DNA of 7,363 nucleotides, taken from the NCBI GenBank assembly GCA_036845085.1, contig DAIUEN010000028.1, positions 1 through 7,363 on the forward strand. Direction: 5' to 3'. The translations under genes were made by a program, and so were the position numbers. The notes beneath the pieces are model-generated. The model was not told the DNA's origin. It saw only the letters and a list, made by a program, of their open reading frames with translations, and did no database searches. Positions within the stretch are counted from its first letter, which is position 1, and the number at the start of each line of letters is the position of its first letter. This document shows positions 1 to 5,727 of the stretch, piece after piece. Source of the stretch: Candidatus Nanopusillus sp. (lineage in GTDB: Archaea > Nanobdellota > Nanobdellia > Nanobdellales > Nanobdellaceae).

Positions 1-1
1 T

Positions 2-178
2 GAGTATTCTAAGAGAAGCAATTCTTTACCTAATTATTATGAAAGTAAGAGATCTTTAGATACGTATAATTATATCTTAAGAAGAGATAACATTACTATA
101 GAACCAAGTTACTATTGGAATAAATATTATCAACTTTATAAAGAATATATATATTATAGTAAAGCCTCCGTAGTGTAG
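2..178 (+). CDS. Possible 3' end of an unknown protein-coding gene, truncated by the left window edge. Its last 15 nt would overlap the tRNA.
   Basis: Hand translation of frame 2 gives 58 sense codons with no stop (EYSKRSNSLPNYYESKRSLDTYNYILRRDNITIEPSYYWNKYYQLYKEYIYYSKASVV) and a TAG at 176-178. The other two + frames hit stops within the first 60 nt. There is no start codon in the window, which explains why it is absent from the ORF track. I recognise no family similarity. A 58-codon open run is unusual in DNA this AT-rich. Confidence 0.3.
   Translation, partial: EYSKRSNSLPNYYESKRSLDTYNYILRRDNITIEPSYYWNKYYQLYKEYIYYSKASVV
135..142 (+). promoter_or_regulatory. Candidate archaeal TATA box (TTTATAAA) for the tRNA gene
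   Basis: The octamer TTTATAAA spans -29 to -22 relative to tRNA position G1 (164), with its centre about 25.5 nt upstream. This is the canonical archaeal TATA-to-start distance. The same octamer occurs at near-identical spacing upstream of the L31e ATG. Caveat: AT-rich background produces many TATA-like strings, for example 143-159. Confidence 0.35.
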
Positions 179-238
179 CCAGGACAACATTCCGGGCTTC
201 GGTCCTGGAGATCCGGGGTTCAAATCCCCGCGGAGGCA
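164..238 (+). tRNA. tRNA-Arg, anticodon UCG (reads CGA/CGG)
   Basis: Cloverleaf folded by hand. The acceptor stem GCCTCCG (164-170) pairs with CGGAGGC (231-237). The D stem GTGT (173-176) pairs with ACAT (187-190), and the D loop contains A14, G15, G18 and G19. The anticodon stem CCGGG (192-196) pairs with CCTGG (204-208). The loop is C-T-TCG-G-T with U33 and G37. The variable loop is AGATC. The T stem CGGGG (214-218) pairs with CCCCG (226-230), with T loop TTCAAAT. The discriminator is A238. No CCA is encoded and there is no intron. Confidence 0.92.
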
Positions 239-240
239 AA

Positions 241-255
241 ATTTTACTTTATTTT
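241..255 (+). terminator. T-rich tract downstream of the tRNA (possible archaeal oligo-T terminator)
   Basis: ATTTTACTTTATTTT lies directly 3' of the discriminator, with T runs at 242-245, 248-250 and 252-255. Archaeal RNA polymerase terminates at oligo-T. The signal is weak against this AT-rich background. Confidence 0.3.
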
Positions 256-325
256 ATAAGAAGAAATATTACTGTGTAAAATTTAATGATATATGGAAGA
301 TTATATAGCTAGTAACTATTACATT

Positions 326-338
326 AAAAATAAAAAAT
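326..338 (-). terminator. Oligo-T terminator candidate for the 68-aa gene
   Basis: On the minus strand, the sequence immediately after the TAA stop (341-339) reads A-TTTTTT-A-TTTTT (T6 then T5). It is convergent with the tRNA terminator region. Confidence 0.4.
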
Positions 339-545
339 TTACTGGCCTACCCAAACATATCTTCCACCTTCTTCTTTCATCATTCCTTTGTTCAAGTATC
401 TAGTAAATATTTGCTTTACTATTCTTTTTTCCTTACCAACTTCTTTTGCAATCTTTTCTAAAGTTGTATCTAATTGGTCTTTAGATACTCCCTTAGAGAA
501 ATACTTTACGATAGCTTCTCTTATAGGAGATGACTTCTGAGCCAT
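339..545 (-). CDS. Small (68 aa) winged-helix-like putative DNA-binding protein; family not recognised
   Basis: ATG at 545-543 and TAA at 341-339. The sequence pattern suggests helix (SPIREAIVKYF), helix (KDQLDTTLEKIAKEV), helix (KRIVKQIFTRYLNKG) and then a Gly-containing hairpin (KEEGGRYVWV). That arrangement is typical of wHTH domains. The fold call is inference only. It is a separate unit, with a 91-nt upstream gap and its own T-tract. Confidence 0.5.
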   Translation of the reverse strand: MAQKSSPIREAIVKYFSKGVSKDQLDTTLEKIAKEVGKEKRIVKQIFTRYLNKGMMKEEGGRYVWVGQ

Positions 546-636
546 TAATATATTATGTGAAAAACAGTTATATGCTTTTTCTTATCTTTATTATAACTTC
601 TTATAAATTATATATATAAATAAGGCTATATTGTGA

Positions 637-1701
637 TTATAACTTCTTTATCTTTGCTATATAAAAACCTTCGGTATCGTTATCCCATGGCCATATTCTT
701 AAGGTTTTACTTATTTCATCGTTTAGCTTAATACCTTTATATTCTAATATGGTTTCTGAATACTTTAAATTTGGTATTTCTATTTTTTCTATTTTTAAAT
801 TTTCTCTTTTTTCTATTAAGTAATTTATAACAAATTCATTTTCTTCTGGCTCTACAGAACAAGTAGAATATACTAATATTCCGCCTTCTTTCAGTGAATC
901 AAAAGCCGATAAAATTAATCTTTTTTGCAGGTTACTCAATCTTTTTATTGCATTTTCATTCCACATATTTAACACTCTGTATGTCTTTCTAATTGCTCCG
1001 GTTCCGGAACAAGGAGCATCTAGTAATATTTTATCGAACTTTAAATTTAATTTATTTATATATCTCCCATCTATGCTTATAACTATTGTATTTAAAACAC
1101 CTTGTCTCTGCAAATTTTCTATTAGAGCTTTTATTCTTTTATAGTCCGGATCATTTGCAATAATTAGACCTTCATTTTCTAAATGCATTGCAATTTGTGT
1201 TGTTTTAGAACCAGGAGCAGCTGCTAAATCTAGTACTAAATCATCCTTTTTTAATTCTAATGCTAATGGTGGAATCATAGATGCGGCTTCCTGTGGATAA
1301 AAATATCCTAATTGAAATTCAATAGTATTTCCTATATCTCTTCTAAAATTTTTGATCCAAAACCCATATTTATAAAATGGTATCCTTTCTATTTCCCATC
1401 CTTTTTCTTTTAATCTTGATAATATTTCTTTCGCACTTATATTTATTTTAAAAGGATTTTGTTTCAGTTGGTATAGGTTGTCTATTTTTTTACTTAATTC
1501 TTCTAGTTCTTTTTCTTTTAGATGATCTTGTTTAGAAAGAAGAATTTCTTTGAGATTTTCGAATGATATGTCATCTTTTACTTTTATCGTATTAATTCTA
1601 ATAGATTTTTTTATTATTTTAAATGACCAGTCTAAAAATAATTCATATTTATCTCCTAGTAATTCTCTATAATGTTTTTCGAATGATTCTTTAATGTTCA
1701 T
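637..1701 (-). CDS. NOL1/NOP2/Sun-family RNA (cytosine-C5)-methyltransferase (archaeal Trm4/NSUN-like)
   Basis: Family motifs are present: the SAM motif DLAAAPGSKT, motif IV DAPCSGTG (about 1001-1020) and motif VI YSTCSVEPEENE (about 841-870). Each of the last two contains a catalytic Cys. The C-terminal GFYIAKIKKL ending and the N-terminal F..Y.ELLG....F pattern also fit. The track start at 1722 is a TTG codon. The first true ATG is at 1701-1699 (MNIKESFEKHYRELLG), which I prefer. The stop is TAA at 639-637. Confidence 0.9.
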   Translation of the reverse strand: MNIKESFEKHYRELLGDKYELFLDWSFKIIKKSIRINTIKVKDDISFENLKEILLSKQDHLKEKELEELSKKIDNLYQLKQNPFKINISAKEILSRLKEKGWEIERIPFYKYGFWIKNFRRDIGNTIEFQLGYFYPQEAASMIPPLALELKKDDLVLDLAAAPGSKTTQIAMHLENEGLIIANDPDYKRIKALIENLQRQGVLNTIVISIDGRYINKLNLKFDKILLDAPCSGTGAIRKTYRVLNMWNENAIKRLSNLQKRLILSAFDSLKEGGILVYSTCSVEPEENEFVINYLIEKRENLKIEKIEIPNLKYSETILEYKGIKLNDEISKTLRIWPWDNDTEGFYIAKIKKL

Positions 1702-3958
1702 TTTTCTTATATTCTTCTTCAAAAATTCTTTTTAGTCTATCTGCTTTAACATCTCCAATAATATTGGATAACTCTACTTTTGATGCTAAAAATATATTTT
1801 TTAAAGATTTAAATCTTTCTAATAATTTTAATGCAAGATTCTCTCCTATGCCTGGAATACTTTTAAGTATTTCTAATTTAACTTGGTCTAGATCATCATA
1901 TTTTTTGATTTTTTCTGGGATTTTTGTGGATTTTTGACTATTTTTAGCTAATAGATATAAATATGATGCAGTTTCTAGAAAGTCAGATGTCCATATAATT
2001 GGTATTTTATACTCTAGTATAATCTTTAATATTATACTCCTTATAAAGTTGGTAGAAATATCTGTACCGTATATTGATTCAAAATCTCCTTCTAATATTA
2101 AAACAGCATTTTTATCCTTAAGTCTTTCTAACTGGCTGTATAATCTACCGTCTATAAGGGAATTTACAAAATCTAGGACATTTTTTCTCTCTATAATATA
2201 ATCTCCTATAATATAATCGCCAACATCTAAATTATCCAATTTTACTATAACATCTGTATCTGATAATGTTTGTACAACACCAGATTCTTTTTCTTTATAA
2301 TCTACAATAATTACTGGTATGTCAGAATTTCTGTTTATTATCTCTTTTGATTCTTCATTAGGTTTGGTTTCTGTTTTTTGTTCTGATAAATATTTATATA
2401 TAAATCCTTTTTTTTCAATATTTTGTTTATTTTCTTTAGTAGATTGAGTATCAGGATCATTTTGATTTTTCACTTCTCCCATAAAATTATTTTTTTCTAG
2501 ATATTTTTTTAACTTCTTAACAAGGTATAACATTTTTTTCTCTTTTCTAATAGCTACCCAATAAAATTTTTCATCTAAGGAATTCTTAGTAATAAGTATA
2601 ACTACTTTTCCTATTTCTCCTCTTCCAGTCCTACCTCTCCTTTGTATATATCTAATTTCTGATGGGATTGGTTCATAAAATATTACAATATCTACTTTAG
2701 GTATATCTATTCCTTCTTCTCCTACAGAAGTAGCAAGAAGTACATTAAATCTACCTTCTTTAAAGTCATTCAATAGTTTTGTTTGTTCAGATCTAGACAT
2801 TTCTTTTTTTCCTACGAATTTCATTGCTTTTATATTATTTTTTTCACAAAATTCTTTTATTCTATCAAGAGTTTTTCTTATTTGGGCAAATACAATTATT
2901 TTTTTGTCTTGATTTTCTTTAAGTATTTCTATTAGCTTAAATAGTTTTGGATGTTCTATATTTTTGTTTATATACATTTTAGCAAGTTCTACTGCTTTTT
3001 TTATTCTTATATCATATAATACTTCATAATCTGCTTTTGTTTTCTTTAGACTTTTTTCTAGATCTTTGAAGTACTCTATGAATGTATATATTGTTTGTGT
3101 TTCTAGAACTTCTATACCATGTGATATTTTCAATATTTCACTTAGTAATATTAAAATTTGTTTCAATCTCCAGTCTCTAGGTCTTATTTCTAAATTTTTC
3201 TTAATTTCATCAATCCAATCTAGTACATCTTTTTTACCTTTTTTTATCTCTATAGACGGATCTAACTCTTTTATTTTTTCTATTCTTATATCTATTGCCT
3301 TATGAAGGAGTTCTTTAATATTTAATATTTCTGGTATTAATTCTATATAGATTGTTTCTTCAAATATCTCTTTAATATATGGTTTAATATCTTCTTCTTC
3401 TCCAGTTCTTATTTCTATTTTTTCTATATTTAAGTTATTTGTAATTTCTCGAATTTTTTCTATATTCCATCCTGGAGATGCTGTCAATCCGATGATTCGT
3501 CCATCTTTGCTTTGTTCAATAAATTTTTTTGATATAAATGTATAAGAATATTTCTTTACAGCTCTATGTGCTTCATCAAAAATTATTAATGAAGAGTCAT
3601 AAAATGTTATCTTACCAGATATTAAATCGTTTTGTAATGTTTGGGGTGTTGAAAATATTATTTGACTATGTTTGTATAAATATTGTCTTCTCTCTTGAAC
3701 AATATCTCCGGTAATTAGAATACTTTTATCTCTTAATTCTGGAAATAATTTTATAAAGTTATTGTAATGTTGTGTAATTAGAGGTTTTGTTGGGGCTAAA
3801 AAGAAAATTTTTTTATCTGGATATTTTTGAAGTCTATTTAAAATTAGAAAAAATGCAATTATTGTTTTCCCCATACCAGTAGGTAATATTACTAATGTAT
3901 TATAATTTATGCAAGTATTTAAAATATTCTTTTGATATTCTCTAAGCTGAATTTGCAT
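1691..3958 (-). CDS. hef: Hef: helicase-associated endonuclease for fork-structured DNA (SF2 helicase + XPF/ERCC4 nuclease + tandem helix-hairpin-helix)
   Basis: Walker A PTGMGKT lies at aa 26-32 (3863-3883) and motif II FDEAH at aa 127-131 (3566-3580). Motif III is LTASPG and motif VI is YIQRRGRTGRG. The nuclease signature is VGDY...ERKNVLDF, with ERK at 2183-2191, followed by IDGRLYSQLERLK. The C-terminal HhH2 is IPGIGENLALKLLERF...L....IG...A. The 755-aa length matches full-length euryarchaeal-type Hef. ATG at 3958-3956 and TAA at 1693-1691. Confidence 0.92.
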   Translation of the reverse strand: MQIQLREYQKNILNTCINYNTLVILPTGMGKTIIAFFLILNRLQKYPDKKIFFLAPTKPLITQHYNNFIKLFPELRDKSILITGDIVQERRQYLYKHSQIIFSTPQTLQNDLISGKITFYDSSLIIFDEAHRAVKKYSYTFISKKFIEQSKDGRIIGLTASPGWNIEKIREITNNLNIEKIEIRTGEEEDIKPYIKEIFEETIYIELIPEILNIKELLHKAIDIRIEKIKELDPSIEIKKGKKDVLDWIDEIKKNLEIRPRDWRLKQILILLSEILKISHGIEVLETQTIYTFIEYFKDLEKSLKKTKADYEVLYDIRIKKAVELAKMYINKNIEHPKLFKLIEILKENQDKKIIVFAQIRKTLDRIKEFCEKNNIKAMKFVGKKEMSRSEQTKLLNDFKEGRFNVLLATSVGEEGIDIPKVDIVIFYEPIPSEIRYIQRRGRTGRGEIGKVVILITKNSLDEKFYWVAIRKEKKMLYLVKKLKKYLEKNNFMGEVKNQNDPDTQSTKENKQNIEKKGFIYKYLSEQKTETKPNEESKEIINRNSDIPVIIVDYKEKESGVVQTLSDTDVIVKLDNLDVGDYIIGDYIIERKNVLDFVNSLIDGRLYSQLERLKDKNAVLILEGDFESIYGTDISTNFIRSIILKIILEYKIPIIWTSDFLETASYLYLLAKNSQKSTKIPEKIKKYDDLDQVKLEILKSIPGIGENLALKLLERFKSLKNIFLASKVELSNIIGDVKADRLKRIFEEEYKKNEH

Positions 3959-3981
3959 ATAGATATTTATATAAAAATTTT

Positions 3982-4263
3982 TTAAAAGAATTTTGTTATT
4001 TTTTCTTGATAGCTCTTCTCAAAGTCTATATTAAAATCGTTTTTATACTTTTCTAATATTTTATTAATATTTTTTAAGCCTATTATTTTTATGTTGATTT
4101 TTCTATTTATTTTTGCTAACTTTTTATAATCTTTAAGTAAATTTAATATATTTTCTAAATTGTAGTTTTTTATTTTTTGATTTATGTACCATATTATATT
4201 ATCATTACCTTCTAAAACAATTTTTTTATTATTTTTTATTATTATGAGACTGTACCTTTTCAT
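3982..4263 (-). CDS. Hypothetical 93-aa protein (Asn/Lys/Ile-rich orphan)
   Basis: ATG at 4263-4261 and TAA at 3984-3982. It fits exactly between Trm1 (8-nt gap) and Hef (23-nt gap) on the same strand. The sequence suggests alternating beta/alpha segments. I recognise no family. The coding call rests on operon fit and ORF length in stop-rich AT DNA. Confidence 0.5.
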   Translation of the reverse strand: MKRYSLIIIKNNKKIVLEGNDNIIWYINQKIKNYNLENILNLLKDYKKLAKINRKINIKIIGLKNINKILEKYKNDFNIDFEKSYQEKITKFF

Positions 4264-4271
4264 AATATATA

Positions 4272-5366
4272 TTATATCTTTGGATAGCTATATGATTTAA
4301 TACCATAATCTGTGTAATGGGTTCTGCAACCATTATTTTCTTTTAATATTTTGTCTATTTTTGGTATGCTTTTTTTATAAAATCTTCCTAATTTTCTAAT
4401 ATCATAATAATACCATATATTATATTTAGAATCACAATTTTCTATTCTATCTAAAATTTTTATTTCATCTTTTTCAATTAATTTTTCATTTAGATATTCA
4501 AGAGAAATCTCCTTTATATATTTTAAATAAACTTCATCGTAAATATTTCCAATATAAATAGGACCTAGTTCGATCATTTTGTTATTGCATATTTTACAAA
4601 AAGATTCTTCTAATGATTTATACCCACAAACAGGGCAATAAAATATTTTTTTTATATTAGATTGTAAATATTTAATATCTTTGGATTTTAAGCTTTTAAA
4701 AAAGAAAACCCTGTAATGGTGTTTATAATAATATCCAAATACTGGAATCATAGCATATTCGTATTTCAATCCTTCTACAATAACGTATTTTATTAAGTTT
4801 CTTATACCAAACTCTAAGTAAAAATCTGTTTTAATTCCAATAGTATTATATTTTCTAAAGCAGCTATTGGGCTTAGAACCGGATAATGCAGACACATCTG
4901 TAGCAGTTATACCAATTAATCCGCCCTTCCTTAAAGATCTTAAAGAGTACTCAACAAAACCAACAGGAGTTCCAAATGGGTCTATATCTATATAATCAAA
5001 TTTATTACTTACTAATATTTCTCTGCAGTCTTTATTTGATACTAATATATTATCTCCTTCTATATTATTTATTTTTAAATTTTCTATAATATTTTCATAA
5101 GATTCTTTTTTTATATCGTTTATTAAGATATTTTTAACTACTTGCGGTATTTCTTTTATAATTCTTATAGATCTAATGCCAGTACCAGCCATGCAATCAA
5201 AAATTTCTATCTTTTTATTGAATATTTTATTATAAGAATATAAAACAAAAATGGTAAAATCTCTATTTATTTTCATTAATGGATTGTAAAATACAGGTAA
5301 TTTGGATGAGAGATTTTTAAAAAATTCTTTACTATAATTTATAAGAGCTTTTCCTTCTTTTATCAC
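4272..5366 (-). CDS. trm1: tRNA (guanine26-N2)-dimethyltransferase Trm1
   Basis: Conserved Trm1 N-terminus (EGKA...VFYNPLMKINRDF), SAM-binding FDCMAGTGIRSIR, the catalytic-region motif DIDPFGTP, and a C-terminal Cys4 cluster CPVC...CKIC (aa 244-260, nt 4587-4637). The start is GTG at 5366-5364. The next Met, aa 31, would delete the conserved VFYNP block. TAA at 4274-4272. Confidence 0.9.
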   Translation of the reverse strand: MIKEGKALINYSKEFFKNLSSKLPVFYNPLMKINRDFTIFVLYSYNKIFNKKIEIFDCMAGTGIRSIRIIKEIPQVVKNILINDIKKESYENIIENLKINNIEGDNILVSNKDCREILVSNKFDYIDIDPFGTPVGFVEYSLRSLRKGGLIGITATDVSALSGSKPNSCFRKYNTIGIKTDFYLEFGIRNLIKYVIVEGLKYEYAMIPVFGYYYKHHYRVFFFKSLKSKDIKYLQSNIKKIFYCPVCGYKSLEESFCKICNNKMIELGPIYIGNIYDEVYLKYIKEISLEYLNEKLIEKDEIKILDRIENCDSKYNIWYYYDIRKLGRFYKKSIPKIDKILKENNGCRTHYTDYGIKSYSYPKI

Positions 5367-5695
5367 TATTTTAAATCTACATAAATAGTATCTCCCTTCT
5401 TTATAATTCTTAAGTTATATTTAGACGGTGGGTTTTTTATCCCTCTAGACCATATATATTCATTTAATCTTTTAGATATTTTAACATTTTTGTTTTTTGT
5501 TTGTTTTATAATAAATTCTCTTATCAATTTAACTGCTTTTTTTGCTCTTTTATAAATTGAAGCTTTTATTAGTTTTTTTCTTATGTTCAGTTTAATATTT
5601 ATTTCTTTTACTTCTTCTTTTTTTTCTTCTATTTTTGGCAAATTTTCAGTTGTATTTTGTAAGTTAACATATGTATTAGATATATTTTCTGTCAT
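5366..5695 (-). CDS. rpl31e: Large-subunit ribosomal protein L31e (eL31) with an N-terminal extension
   Basis: The core matches the eL31 pattern: KRAKKAVKLIREFI...LNEYIWSRGIKNPPSKYNLRI, compared with K-R-A-x-K-A...I-R-E...N-E-x-x-W-x-R-G...P-S-K-x-x-x-R in archaeal L31e. The only Met is at 5695-5693. The stop TAG at 5368-5366 shares its G with the Trm1 GTG start. Confidence 0.85.
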   Translation of the reverse strand: MTENISNTYVNLQNTTENLPKIEEKKEEVKEINIKLNIRKKLIKASIYKRAKKAVKLIREFIIKQTKNKNVKISKRLNEYIWSRGIKNPPSKYNLRIIKKGDTIYVDLK

Positions 5696-5717
5696 TAATG
5701 AAGAATTTTTAGATATC

Positions 5718-5725
5718 TTTATAAA
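5718..5725 (-). promoter_or_regulatory. Candidate archaeal TATA box (TTTATAAA) for the L31e-led operon; the spacing implies a leaderless or near-leaderless mRNA
   Basis: It lies in the 32-nt gap between the pilin-like stop (5730-5728) and the L31e ATG (5695). The octamer spans -30 to -23 relative to the A of the ATG, with its centre about 26.5 nt upstream. I see no Shine-Dalgarno-like purine tract between it and the ATG. Confidence 0.45.
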
Positions 5726-5727
5726 TA

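Noticed and set aside
164-238. The tRNA gene as an integration site for a mobile element or genomic island
   Set aside because: No second copy of the GC-rich tRNA 3' half (which would stand out in this AT-rich window) occurs anywhere in 239-7363. There is no integrase or transposase. The adjacent genes are core housekeeping with the same composition.
239-338. Possible C/D-box sRNA or other small RNA in the tRNA / 68-aa gene intergenic region (also checked 546-636)
   Set aside because: There are only degenerate C-box-like strings (AATGATAT at about 286-293, GTGATTA at 633-639) with no correctly placed CTGA D box or terminal stem. The regions are adequately explained by convergent terminators and a promoter.
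1702-1722. Track-proposed start of the m5C methyltransferase at 1722
   Set aside because: The codon at 1722-1720 is TTG. A true ATG at 1701-1699 gives the family-typical N-terminus MNIKESFEKHYRELLG and reduces the overlap with hef from 32 to 11 nt. I treat the 7-codon extension (MKKNIRK) as an ORF-caller artefact, although the TTG start cannot be formally excluded.
2192-2221. Near-perfect 15-nt tandem repeat (tataatataatctcc / tataatataatcgcc) encoding GDYII-GDYII directly before the ERK nuclease motif of Hef
   Set aside because: I considered a slippage insertion or a repeat element. The frame is intact, and the spacing between the GD and ERK catalytic residues (8 residues) is about what XPF/Hef nucleases normally have. 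It is therefore not an extra insertion, just a coincidental or convergent repeat within the conserved motif.
2396-2425. PIP-box-like string QNIEKKGFIY in the Hef linker
   Set aside because: It does not fit Q-x-x-[ILM]-x-x-[FY]-[FY] in any register: the hydrophobic residue is at +2 rather than +3, and the aromatics are mis-spaced. I kept it only as a generic aromatic patch in the linker finding.
3066-3305. A 79-aa + strand ORF from the six-frame track
   Set aside because: It lies entirely antisense to a well-supported part of the Hef helicase. Its product is low-complexity Ile/Ser/Phe/Leu with no motif. Such shadow ORFs are expected opposite Lys/Glu/Asn-rich coding sequence in AT-rich DNA.
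3968-3975. TTTATATA string upstream of the hef ATG as a hef promoter
   Set aside because: It lies only 10-17 nt from the ATG at 3958, far short of the about 26 nt TATA-to-start distance. No downstream alternative start is possible, because the next Met is inside the Walker A motif. It is more likely background AT-richness, with hef transcribed from upstream.
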